The notes under the pieces are model-generated. The model was not told the DNA's origin. It ran no database searches and saw nothing but the letters and a program-made list of their open reading frames with translations. Both the position numbers and the translations under genes were made by a program. Shown here one piece after another: positions 28,537 through 37,873 of a stretch of 64,000 nt of DNA (its first letter is position 1; every line of letters starts with the position of its first letter). The stretch is from Desulfitobacteriaceae bacterium (GTDB lineage: Bacteria > Bacillota > Desulfitobacteriia > Desulfitobacteriales > Desulfitobacteriaceae). The stretch lies in contig JBAQMG010000027.1 in assembly GCA_049302575.1 (NCBI GenBank), positions 840 through 64,839 on the forward strand, in the 5' to 3' direction.

Positions 28537-28836
28537 TTGGACGGGCTTGCTTTAGTGCTTTTATTAGCCGTTGTGGTAGAGAAACTAGTTGAGATCTTTA
28601 AAGATATTGTTTACTCTATTCCCATGTTCCCAGATAAGTTTAGGCCCCTTACTTTGGAACTATTGAGTTTGACATGTGGTTTACTTTTTGCTTTTCAGAG
28701 TAACATTAATGCATTTGAACTACTAAATGTTAAGATCTCGGACCCTATGGTTGGAATAGTGACAACGGGCCTTGTGATAGGCAAGGGAGCAAACTTTGCG
28801 CATGATTTTTTCCAGTCTTTCAGTAAAACCAAATAA
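28537..28836 (+). CDS. Small membrane protein (99 aa, 2-3 TM, holin-like topology)
   Basis: A TTG start follows GAGGGGAG. Hydrophobic segments are LALVLLLAVVV, LLSLTCGLLFAF and IVTTGLVIG. The tail is polar. It is the only membrane protein in the island. Confidence 0.5.
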   Translation: MDGLALVLLLAVVVEKLVEIFKDIVYSIPMFPDKFRPLTLELLSLTCGLLFAFQSNINAFELLNVKISDPMVGIVTTGLVIGKGANFAHDFFQSFSKTK

Positions 28837-28877
28837 ACTATAAGAGGGACTTGTGTGCTATGTCACACAAGTCCCTC

Positions 28878-30473
28878 TTATTTTTCCCATTCAACAAGAT
28901 TGGGAGAGGGAGCTAAGATCGAGCGGTATTGTTCTAAATTACCGTAAGTGCCGTGGGGGTCGAGTTGCTTATATCTGTAATATTTTGCCAAGCGGTCCTG
29001 GGGTCTGAGCCAGCCAAGGTGTTTTATGCGCAGAGGGCTGGTTCCGCCACGTAAGTCAATCATGTTTTTGGGAAACCTTCCGCAATGTTGGGGGGTTTCT
29101 TGCCATTGCGCTTGAAATTCGGGAAGATAGCGGACCGCAAAGGGGCGATACCATTTGTGGGCTTGCCAAAGCGGATCCTCCCGGTAGTGGGTTTCTGTCC
29201 ACATGTCAAACAGACGAAAGGAATAGTAATCTATAGTTGAAGAGTGGGTTATAAGTTCTCGCAGCTGTTTAGGAGCATCTTCTTCGAACATTTCATCCGC
29301 GTCTAAAATAATAATCCATTCCGGTTGGGTACTTATGGCCATTTCCCAGAGCTGTTTTCGGAGGAGTATCTCGTTATGAAACAGGGGCTCTTTGTTTGAA
29401 CGGAGGGTTAAGGGAATTCCCTGAAGGATTTCTTGGCAGAGCTGGGCGGTATTGTCCTCACTGGCATCGTCTAAGATAACGGCATGGGCGATGTAATCAG
29501 TGGCCTGTTTTAAGACCATTTCTAAATGGCGGCCGGATTCATTGCGAACTAACATTGCCAGAGTGATTTTACCTGGACTAGCTGTCAGGGTAGAGTTGGC
29601 TATAGGGACAATTGGCCCTCCATGGGCGACGTTTAAGTTATCAGGGTAACTAACTATAACAGCGTCTGAAGACTTGGCATAAGTTAGTTTGGCTTTATAC
29701 TCTTGCAGTTTTCTGAGTTCGGATTCCCGATAGATATGAAAAGGCGGGTAATGCGTATCGGCATAAAGCTCTAGCCCTAGGGCGGCAGCCCGAATACAGA
29801 AGTGGCGATCTTCGCCGATAAACCCTAAATTGGATATTTCTTGAAACGATACTCCTCGTTCAAGGGCGTTACGACTAAGGAGTGTACAAGCACCTAAACC
29901 ACCCACTTTATAGGTTCCAGGTCGGGAGAGCAAATTAAGAAATTCTTGGGTTTTTTTGTTCATTTCCTCTTCACTAAGAGGTTCCCCCCTCCTCGATTCA
30001 TATAGGGTGTACTGATCCCTTTGCCATACTTGGGGAAGTGGGATCAGTTCAGGTTTCCAACGTGTCCAGTAGACTTCTGATACAATATCCTTTTTAAGAG
30101 AAAGCAGATGGGGTAGGGTATTGGGAGCCAGGTAGAGATCGGAGTCGACGAGAAAAAGGTAATCGTACTTTTCGTCGAGGGCTATTTTAATAAAGAGGTC
30201 TTTATAACGAGCAACCTTCCAAATTAAATCCTCCTGCCAATAATGGGTGGACTCATCACGAGGGTAATCTCCCTCGGTATCGCCAGGGAAAACTCGAACC
30301 TGCGGGTGTTCAAGGGCAAAATCGGTGAGCAAAGTATGGTCATTGTGGTCATCAATAAAGGTAAAATCAAGCTCCACCTGGCTAGCCTCTAAGCGGGTGA
30401 GTGAGTCCAAAAATTCAGAGAGGATGCAGTCATTTTGTTTAACCGGGCTGGCTAGGAGAACACGATGTTTCAT
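28878..30473 (-). CDS. Two-domain glycosyltransferase (two GT-A modules)
   Basis: 531 aa. The N-terminal module has FIDDHND...LFLVDSDL (DxD). The C-terminal module has ITLAMLVRNE....AVILDDASEDNT...IIILDADEMF, a GT2 signature. Confidence 0.85.
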   Translation of the reverse strand: MKHRVLLASPVKQNDCILSEFLDSLTRLEASQVELDFTFIDDHNDHTLLTDFALEHPQVRVFPGDTEGDYPRDESTHYWQEDLIWKVARYKDLFIKIALDEKYDYLFLVDSDLYLAPNTLPHLLSLKKDIVSEVYWTRWKPELIPLPQVWQRDQYTLYESRRGEPLSEEEMNKKTQEFLNLLSRPGTYKVGGLGACTLLSRNALERGVSFQEISNLGFIGEDRHFCIRAAALGLELYADTHYPPFHIYRESELRKLQEYKAKLTYAKSSDAVIVSYPDNLNVAHGGPIVPIANSTLTASPGKITLAMLVRNESGRHLEMVLKQATDYIAHAVILDDASEDNTAQLCQEILQGIPLTLRSNKEPLFHNEILLRKQLWEMAISTQPEWIIILDADEMFEEDAPKQLRELITHSSTIDYYSFRLFDMWTETHYREDPLWQAHKWYRPFAVRYLPEFQAQWQETPQHCGRFPKNMIDLRGGTSPLRIKHLGWLRPQDRLAKYYRYKQLDPHGTYGNLEQYRSILAPSPNLVEWEK

Positions 30474-30511
30474 AATTTACAACTCCCTTTCCTAGAAACA
30501 AAAAGAGTTCA

Positions 30512-31621
30512 CTAAAGCGTAACAAAGAATAAGAAGGCTTCCTTTAAAGCGCTATTGATTTTGTGCTTGGCCTTGAAATGCATAGGCTCCAGGTCTTGTT
30601 TCTCAAGGGCTAAACTACAGAGCTGGATTTCCTTAAGGGCGAGTGTCAAATAATTATGGGCAAGGTTCTTTGCATTAGCTGAATTGGACTCACTCGTTCT
30701 ACTCCCGAAGATCTCAAGGAGATGGTTGAAGTCCTCAGCCGCTTCATGGTAGTTCGTTTGGGAGAGGTAAGCAGTTCCTCTGAGCAGAAGGAAATTCGAT
30801 TGGTCTGGATACATACTCAAAGCCTTACTTAAAAAGTCGATTAATTTTATTGTTTCTTCAAGGCAGAGATAGCCAAGCGCAATATTGAGGAGAACATCTT
30901 CAAAGTAACCCTCGTTACCCGACATGCGCGTTAAGGCTTTTGTAAAGTGTTTTAGCCCCTCGGTGATAGAGTCCTGTTGATAATATTCGACCCCGAGGCA
31001 GAAGAGAAGGAAAGAATTGTCTGGATTCCTATCGAGTTCCTTAATAAGGATATGACTGTTGCGAGAAAATTTTTCTTTAGATAGTAAACGATCGTTAAGG
31101 TAACCATAGTGATTAAGAGTGAGAGGGGCGGAGGCTAAACCGCTGCCGTTATTCGCTCTCAGAATAGAAGGGGCTACTTGTTCATGAATTGCTCCCTCAA
31201 ATTGATAAACTGAATTATTTCGAAATAAACGCACAACTTGATCGTAGGATTCACCTGGGGTTGGGTCGAGGATATTTTTAATATTAAGAAAATAACCTTC
31301 AATCTGGACGTTGTTTAAAAGTTCGTAGAAGGTTTTGGGGTTTACAGATTCAAGAATTTCGTCTGCATCCAGAACCAAGATCCACTCAGAAGAGGCTTGT
31401 TTTAGGGCGAAGTTCCTAGCTAACGAGAAGTCGTTTAGCCAATTTAAGTGAAATAATTTGGCTCCCGCAGCTAGGGCCAATTGGGGAGTGTTGTCGGTAC
31501 TTCCTGTATCAATAACAATAATTTCATCCGTTAAATCCCGGACGCTTTGGATTGCAGCGAGCAGGCAGTCTGCCTCATCTCTGACGATCATGCATAAGCT
31601 TACAGTTTCTTTAGTGTTCAT
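30512..31621 (-). CDS. GT2 glycosyltransferase fused to TPR repeats
   Basis: 369 aa. VSLCMIVRDE...IIVIDTGSTDNT...NDFSLARNFAL..A...WILVLDADE is followed by a TPR-like helical C-terminus. It overlaps the upstream gene's stop by 11 nt. Confidence 0.85.
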   Translation of the reverse strand: MNTKETVSLCMIVRDEADCLLAAIQSVRDLTDEIIVIDTGSTDNTPQLALAAGAKLFHLNWLNDFSLARNFALKQASSEWILVLDADEILESVNPKTFYELLNNVQIEGYFLNIKNILDPTPGESYDQVVRLFRNNSVYQFEGAIHEQVAPSILRANNGSGLASAPLTLNHYGYLNDRLLSKEKFSRNSHILIKELDRNPDNSFLLFCLGVEYYQQDSITEGLKHFTKALTRMSGNEGYFEDVLLNIALGYLCLEETIKLIDFLSKALSMYPDQSNFLLLRGTAYLSQTNYHEAAEDFNHLLEIFGSRTSESNSANAKNLAHNYLTLALKEIQLCSLALEKQDLEPMHFKAKHKINSALKEAFLFFVTL

Positions 31622-33371
31622 CGTTTATCCAACCATTCCTAAACTTAGCTTTAAGGCGTTTGTTTAAGTCTTGTATCCGCTGCTCATAGTTCTTAAGCAG
31701 CTGCTCGAAACCTTTTTCTGAAGCTTGCAGAAGAGTTTCCAGGCCTTGGCTCCAGGCCTCAACTCGGGGGCCGTTAGACATCACATGAGCTCGATAACGC
31801 TTACAGTCAAGCAACAGTTCTGTAGTAGGGATTAAGGTTTCCTTTCCCCGGATACTCAGCAGATATGGCGTGATAGTTTGCTTTTGCATTAGCCGGATTA
31901 AACACAGGAGAATGTACGCTTCACACCGGTTCGATTGATTTTTCCAAAGCATATTCGCCAAGACTTTAGCTTTCAGATCATCACCGAGCAGGGTAAGCGC
32001 GACAATCGAGAGTGCTTGGGCAGACGGGTAGAAAGAGCTGTTCGTCGTAATCTGGCTTAAAGACTCAAGCCCAGCGTGTGCTCTGCCCGAATAGATACAA
32101 TATTTGCCGTAGAAAAAAAGGAAGCGTTCATCACCCTGGAAACAGTCTTTATGGGTTTCCAAACAGAGATAGGCTTGCTCCACATGATCCGAGAGGAAAA
32201 ATAAATTTGCAGAGGTGAGGCAGAAAAGGGTGTCATCAAGAAATCCAAGATCTTCGAGGTGTTGATAACAGAAAGCGGATCCTTGTTCACTAAGCAGGAT
32301 CAAAAAGAGACTGTATAGGGGGTAAGGATACTTTGGGTTAAGCTCAAGAGCCGTTTCATAAGCACCTCCGGCTTCTGGGGTTTTTCCGAGCTTTTCATAA
32401 CAAAAGCCCAGGTGATAGTAAGCTAAGAAACTTTCTGACCCTGTCAGATGGCTGAGTAAAGCCGGGGGTGTACCGCAATCAATGGCCTGGTTAAACCATT
32501 TTAGGGCAATGAGGTATTCCCCCTTTTCTTCGAGGAGAAGTCCACCAAGATAAAAGATATCTGTAAAATTGGGGTAGCGCAGGCTTGCTTCGAGACAGAG
32601 GGAGAGAGCTTCATCGAGCCGTCCTAACGCTCTTAAGGATATGAGAAGATATTTTAGAGTAGGTGCCCGAAAAAGCAGGTGATCATCACTTAGACTGGAA
32701 TAGGCTTTTTGCAAGAAAGGTAGAGCATAGCCCGGTTTATCAAGCATGAGCCACTCCACGCCAAGGTAATAGTGTAAAAAAGGGTTATGAGGGTCTGCTT
32801 GAGAGGCTTTTTTCAGCAGGTGAAGGTTGCGGTTTCTTTTCTGATGACGTATTTTTAAAGGCAGTAATTTATGCTTGATAGTGGGTCCCACGGCAAGGCC
32901 GACTTTTTGTTGGTCTGGGATAGAGACCTGTTCATGAATCTTGCCGATGTACTGATAGTTCCCGTTATTTCTGAACAATCTGAGCACATAAAACGTATTA
33001 TATTCTTCTGTTGAATCCGAAATGGGATTAAGCAGAGGAAGCAAGAAAGCTTCTTTGTCTTTTTCTCTATTTATCAAGGAGTGAAAGCTGAACGAAGCTT
33101 GGCACTGGACTTCCTCGTCGGCATCTAGGGCCAAGATCCAAGTACCCGAAGCATGTTCAAGGGCAAAGTTTCGGGCGGCGCTAAAATCGTTATGCCAGGG
33201 GTAGGTATAAACATTTGGGGTATAACGCTCGGCAATGCTGATGGTATCATCGGTAGACCCTGTATCAACGATGATTATTTCATCGACTTTATCTTTAACG
33301 CTTTCCAGGCAATCGGCTAAATGGAGGGATTCATTTCTGACGATCATGGTGAGGCTAATCCGTTCGTTCAT
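31611..33371 (-). CDS. GT2 glycosyltransferase fused to a long TPR domain
   Basis: The start is set at MNERISLTMIVRNES (33371), matching its paralogs. The ORF track extends to 33524. IIIVDTGSTDDT...NDFSAARNFAL...ILALDADE is followed by about 400 aa of TPR. Confidence 0.85.
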   Translation of the reverse strand: MNERISLTMIVRNESLHLADCLESVKDKVDEIIIVDTGSTDDTISIAERYTPNVYTYPWHNDFSAARNFALEHASGTWILALDADEEVQCQASFSFHSLINREKDKEAFLLPLLNPISDSTEEYNTFYVLRLFRNNGNYQYIGKIHEQVSIPDQQKVGLAVGPTIKHKLLPLKIRHQKRNRNLHLLKKASQADPHNPFLHYYLGVEWLMLDKPGYALPFLQKAYSSLSDDHLLFRAPTLKYLLISLRALGRLDEALSLCLEASLRYPNFTDIFYLGGLLLEEKGEYLIALKWFNQAIDCGTPPALLSHLTGSESFLAYYHLGFCYEKLGKTPEAGGAYETALELNPKYPYPLYSLFLILLSEQGSAFCYQHLEDLGFLDDTLFCLTSANLFFLSDHVEQAYLCLETHKDCFQGDERFLFFYGKYCIYSGRAHAGLESLSQITTNSSFYPSAQALSIVALTLLGDDLKAKVLANMLWKNQSNRCEAYILLCLIRLMQKQTITPYLLSIRGKETLIPTTELLLDCKRYRAHVMSNGPRVEAWSQGLETLLQASEKGFEQLLKNYEQRIQDLNKRLKAKFRNGWINDEH

Positions 33372-35361
33372 GTCTGGATGCAACCTCCTCTGCCAACTTC
33401 TGAAAAACATTGTTTTCTGGATATTTTGCCAGGGCCTCCTGCAGAATGTTTTGCCGCCAAGTGTTATAGAGGTTGATAAGACGAACATAGTAGCGAGGAG
33501 TATCCGGGTCAATTTGGAGGGCATGTTTATAATGTTGTTCTGCTTCGGTAAGCCGTTCTAGGTGGGAGTAGATTTCTGCCAGCTGAAAATGAGCTTCAGC
33601 CGATTGATTTTTTTCAATGACTGTTTGTAAAAATGGGAGGGCTCTGCTTTCCTCACTATAATCCACAAAGATTTGGGCAATCTTCAGGTTGTACTCGATC
33701 AAGCATTCCGGTTGAAGAGCGTGTAAGAAATACAGTGCCCGCTCGATTTCCTGCAGGGAGACCAAGCGTTGGACTATATCAAGCAAAAGCAACATCCCCT
33801 CCGGACCCAAAATCATTCGGGGGGAAGGTGCGGTTTTCCCTGAATAGGCTAGAAAGAGGGAAATCACATTTTTGGTATCCTGAGCTAATCCGAGAGCATG
33901 CAGCTCTTTACACAGGGTGCGGACTTTCGAGGATTTATCCTGAATCCAGAAGCAAAACAGCTTATTTACTGTGGCTATAGGGTATTCAGAGCTTCCCGGG
34001 GTGAACTCTTCTAGGAGTCTTAAGGCTTCAAAGAACCGCTGTTCCTGAATGAGGCAGATCCCTTTTCTCAGTTTGATATCGGGTGAAACAGGGAACCCGG
34101 CCTCGGCTTGGTCGAAATAGTGTAAGGCGAGACCATAGGCTCCGTGTCTGTAATAGATGTCTCCCATAAGTCGATTGGCCTCGGGCGTGCAGAAATCACA
34201 AACCTTTTCCAGGCATTCCATCGTATAGACCGGTTCTTCGGTTGGTTTTAAAATGCCAACCAGACTTTCTAAAGCGTGGGTAAAGCGTGCGTTGTCGCGC
34301 AGGCTATAGAGGTAATACTTGAGCGCTTCTTCTTCATCCAAAAAGGACTCTGCAATTTGAGCAAGATAATAGTAAGACCTAAAACCCCTGATCCCGCCAA
34401 AGGAGGCGTATTGTGGGGGTTGTTCAGGCATGGATAGGGCCTGGAGAAAGGCATTCCGCGCTTGAGCATAATGTTTAAGGTCTAGGAGGATGAGACCGGT
34501 ATAATAGTAAAGATCCGCATAGTTGGGGAAGAGCTTGAGGGCTAGGGCAGCAGAATTGAGTGCCTCATGTAGTTGGTCAGAAGACTGCTGAGCTATCACA
34601 ATATAACGTAAGAGCTTGGGGAGGTAGATTGTGTTCGGATCAATGTCCGTTGCCGACTGAATTAAGACGGCAGCCGCTTCCGCATATCGTTCGGCCCGGA
34701 AAAGTTCTACTCCATAATGGTATTGTAGTAAGCGGTTATGAGGATTTTGAGCTAGTTCCTTCTCAAGCAAGGTCAGGTTTCTCAACTTCTTATCTTTCTC
34801 CCTGATTACTTCGTCTAAATAACCGTGATGGACAAGGATAAGATCCTCGGCGACCTGATAACGGGCTTGGGGATTTTTCTCTAAAATAACATCAGCGATT
34901 TGTTCGTGAATCGCACCACGAAAGCGATATTCCTTTTTATTGCGGAAGAGCCGAAACACAAGATCGGGAACAGTTTCGAGACAACCTTCTTTCCCGAGGT
35001 GATTTATGATTTTCACAAAATATCCTTCAACCGTCTCGTTTTCAATGAGACGGCTTAAAATCTCCCGGCTTTCGGGAGAGAGCTCTTCGTCAGCGTCTAA
35101 AAATAAAATCCACTCCCCTTGAGCGAGCGCTAAGGAGGCGTTTCGGGCATCACTGAAATTATCGTTCCAAGGTAAATGATGAATCATAGCGCCATACTGG
35201 CGAGCGATTTCACACGTTGAGTCAGTAGACCCAGTATCGACGATAATGATCTCATGGACAAGGCCAACTATACTATTTAGGCACCGGCTTAGGTTTTGTT
35301 CTTCATTTTTTACAATCATGCACAAACTAACTTTTACCGCCATCACTTGTTTGCCTCGCAT
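33355..35361 (-). CDS. GT2 glycosyltransferase fused to a long TPR domain
   Basis: 668 aa. VSLCMIVKNEE..L.RCL.S....V.EIIIVDTGSTDST...NDNFSDARN..L..A.GEWILFLDADE is followed by TPR repeats. It is the first gene of a four-gene minus-strand operon. Confidence 0.85.
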   Translation of the reverse strand: MRGKQVMAVKVSLCMIVKNEEQNLSRCLNSIVGLVHEIIIVDTGSTDSTCEIARQYGAMIHHLPWNDNFSDARNASLALAQGEWILFLDADEELSPESREILSRLIENETVEGYFVKIINHLGKEGCLETVPDLVFRLFRNKKEYRFRGAIHEQIADVILEKNPQARYQVAEDLILVHHGYLDEVIREKDKKLRNLTLLEKELAQNPHNRLLQYHYGVELFRAERYAEAAAVLIQSATDIDPNTIYLPKLLRYIVIAQQSSDQLHEALNSAALALKLFPNYADLYYYTGLILLDLKHYAQARNAFLQALSMPEQPPQYASFGGIRGFRSYYYLAQIAESFLDEEEALKYYLYSLRDNARFTHALESLVGILKPTEEPVYTMECLEKVCDFCTPEANRLMGDIYYRHGAYGLALHYFDQAEAGFPVSPDIKLRKGICLIQEQRFFEALRLLEEFTPGSSEYPIATVNKLFCFWIQDKSSKVRTLCKELHALGLAQDTKNVISLFLAYSGKTAPSPRMILGPEGMLLLLDIVQRLVSLQEIERALYFLHALQPECLIEYNLKIAQIFVDYSEESRALPFLQTVIEKNQSAEAHFQLAEIYSHLERLTEAEQHYKHALQIDPDTPRYYVRLINLYNTWRQNILQEALAKYPENNVFQKLAEEVASRHERTD

Positions 35362-35486
35362 CTCTTTTTTCGTTTTAATAATATATGCACACTAAAACTG
35401 AAACTTTCCGTCGAGATAGAGAATATCATGTAGTGTGTGATCTGGATAATATTGGATTACATGAGAAAGGAAGGAGGAATAGAAGC

Positions 35487-36065
35487 ATGGCGAATTTTAA
35501 AATTTTTCAAGACAATCCTGATCAGGCAAAGGTCAAGATATTCGGAAGTAGCAATGCAGCTTTAAACACGGATTCCTCAGGTAACTTGACAATTACGTCT
35601 ACTGGGTTGGCGGTCGAGCCACCGACCGGAGGTCTGCTCATCACCTCCTCAGGACTGGCAATTACGTCAACCGGTTTAGCGATCGTGCCGCCGACCGGAG
35701 GTCTGCTCATCACCTCTACAGGACTGACCATGATCAGTGCAACGACAGATGTATCCGCTACCCTTGCTAATATCACAGATATTGCTGGGAGCGGGGATAC
35801 AACTTATACTGTCTTAGGTGTCGAGACCTGGACCTTTGGTGTCGTCAACGAATCATTAGCTGCAAACGCCCAGGCCTTGGTAAAAATGCAGATCAGCCCA
35901 GATGGAACAAACTGGTTAGATGAGACAGGCACTGTGACGATTAACCAGAACTCATTAACTACTTTAGTCACATCAATATTTTTAAAGTATGCGCGAGTCT
36001 ACTATAGTGCTGTGAATGCAGCTAGTGCGGTTACTTTGAATGTTTTCTTCCAGGGAGAGTTGTAG
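35487..36065 (+). CDS. Uncharacterised protein, a short paralog of the 27421-28443 product with a repeat-containing N-terminus
   Basis: 192 aa from the ATG at 35487, 7 nt after GGAGGA. The ORF track starts at 35385. KIFGSSNAALNTDSSG parallels KIYGSNGNPIISTSDG of the paralog. The C-terminal QISPDG...FLKYARVYY domain is shared. Confidence 0.7.
   Translation: MANFKIFQDNPDQAKVKIFGSSNAALNTDSSGNLTITSTGLAVEPPTGGLLITSSGLAITSTGLAIVPPTGGLLITSTGLTMISATTDVSATLANITDIAGSGDTTYTVLGVETWTFGVVNESLAANAQALVKMQISPDGTNWLDETGTVTINQNSLTTLVTSIFLKYARVYYSAVNAASAVTLNVFFQGEL
35592..35729 (+). repeat. Tandem duplication of 2 x 69 nt inside the CDS (23-aa units ITSTGLA..PPTGGLLITS.GL.)
   Basis: Units at 35592-35660 and 35661-35729 are about 80% identical at the DNA level. 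Confidence 0.85.
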
Positions 36066-36173
36066 AACAGAATACTTTAGATATATTTAACTTGCTAACA
36101 AAAAGTAAAAGGACCGGTTTGTACTCAGTACTCCCCGGTCCTTTTCAAATTCTGTAATTTAAACGGTATTTGG

Positions 36174-37748
36174 TTAATCAGCAACAGCAAACTTGACAGT
36201 AACCGTTGTACCCGTTGGATTTGAGTCGAAGTTAATTTCTGCTTTATGACGGGCAGCTATACTATGACATATCGCTAGCCCTAACCCTGTCCCTCGTTCT
36301 TTGGTTGTGAGGAACGGAGTACCAAGCTTTTCGAGTATAACAGGGTCAAAGCCGCTACCTCGGTCGCGGATTTTAAGTATTATATGGTTCCCTAATATAT
36401 GCGTTTGAATCGTAAGAAGTGTACCACGTGGCATGGCTTCTAGGCCATTTCTCGCCAAGTTCAGGATGAGCTGTCGAAGCTCATTTTCATTTCCATGAAT
36501 GTCCGCGACCTGTTCAAGCTTAAGTTCTAGATCTTTTTCTTGATTTAGGGCATCCGCTAATAAAAGTGGAGATAGAGACTTCACTACCTTTGAAATATTG
36601 GTCAACTTAAAATCAGAGGGGTTGTCCCTAGCTAGGTTTAAGAAATCAGTAAGAATGAGATTCGCTCGATCGAGTTCCTCGATCATTAAGTCATAGAATT
36701 CGTGATATTGCTTTGTATCGTCCTTGGAGCCGAGCATTTGTAAAAACCCGCGAACAGTAGTCATTGGATTCCTTACTTCGTGAGCAATCCCCGCTGCCAT
36801 CTCTCCTACAAGATTAAGTCGATCCAAACGTGCCAATTCTCGTTCAGCCTGCTTTCTCGCTTCTATGTTGCGGCAAAAAATAGATATTCCGTTCGCTGTT
36901 GGATAAATACTAAAGTCAGCCCAATACCCGATTAGTGGCGCATAAGATTCAAATCGTATTGGTTGGCCATTTTCCATTACTTGTAGACAAAAATCATTGA
37001 TCAACTTATTATCATTCTTATAAATTTGCCAATAATCAGATCCTACCAAATGATTATGTAGTCCGTTTGCCTTACGCGCCTCAACCATGGCCTTATTAGC
37101 ATAGGTTATTACCCATTTGCGATTAACAGCTAGGAAACCATCGTTAATACTTTCAAGTAAATTAACCATCTCATGATTCGCTTTGTGGAGTTCATTCTTG
37201 GCGGCTTCTTTTTGGATAATCTCACTTCGAAGTTGCTTATTAATTACCCGAAGTTCACCAATACGCAATTTGACTATTTGCTCTAAGTCTTCCCGAGATT
37301 GATTCAATTCTTTTTCTTTAAGTTCATTCTCGGTAATGTCCCATACAGATACTACCCTGTAGTCTTTTCCGTTAACAGTAACATCATGAGCGTCAACGTG
37401 TACAGGGAAAGTACTGCCATCTTTTTTGAGATGGACAGAATTATAAGCGTAATGACCACTTTCATGAATTATGCGCACGATTTCACTAAGATCTTTTTGA
37501 CAATCTGGAGCATATACATCTTTCATTGATTTGCCAATTAACTCAGGAATACTATAGCCATGCATAGCCGCATAATGGGGATTCGTTTTTAGAATTTCAC
37601 CACTGATGGAGTCGGAAACTACCATACCCCAATAATTCTCTGTGAAAATTCGCTCCCAAATCGTATTTTCGTCTTGAGCACGTGCTAATTCTGCTTCTAG
37701 GAAAGCAACTTTTTGTTTTAATTTGGTTATCACTTTGTCTGAAGACAT
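36174..37748 (-). CDS. Orphan cytoplasmic PAS-domain histidine kinase (sporulation-kinase-like H-box)
   Basis: 524 aa with an N-terminal coiled coil and two PAS-like regions. The H-box is IAHEVRNPMTTVRGFLQML, the KinA-E style. HATPase motifs are NLARNGLEAM, DRGSG and GTGLGLAICH. There are no TM segments and no adjacent response regulator. Confidence 0.88.
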   Translation of the reverse strand: MSSDKVITKLKQKVAFLEAELARAQDENTIWERIFTENYWGMVVSDSISGEILKTNPHYAAMHGYSIPELIGKSMKDVYAPDCQKDLSEIVRIIHESGHYAYNSVHLKKDGSTFPVHVDAHDVTVNGKDYRVVSVWDITENELKEKELNQSREDLEQIVKLRIGELRVINKQLRSEIIQKEAAKNELHKANHEMVNLLESINDGFLAVNRKWVITYANKAMVEARKANGLHNHLVGSDYWQIYKNDNKLINDFCLQVMENGQPIRFESYAPLIGYWADFSIYPTANGISIFCRNIEARKQAERELARLDRLNLVGEMAAGIAHEVRNPMTTVRGFLQMLGSKDDTKQYHEFYDLMIEELDRANLILTDFLNLARDNPSDFKLTNISKVVKSLSPLLLADALNQEKDLELKLEQVADIHGNENELRQLILNLARNGLEAMPRGTLLTIQTHILGNHIILKIRDRGSGFDPVILEKLGTPFLTTKERGTGLGLAICHSIAARHKAEINFDSNPTGTTVTVKFAVAD

Positions 37749-37873
37749 TTGTCAAACCACTCTTTACTATTAGATTGCGCTATGTGTTCTTAGATGTGTA
37801 TTCTTAGGTATTCTATATATTTATTTCCAATCCTCCTTATCATTCTATGTTTTTATAGGATCATGTGTTGTGT

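Noticed and set aside
33235-34805. Plus-strand ORFs of 81-115 aa (33235-33561, 33633-33980, 34560-34805)
   Set aside because: They are antisense to long, family-supported GT2-TPR genes and have no independent signals.
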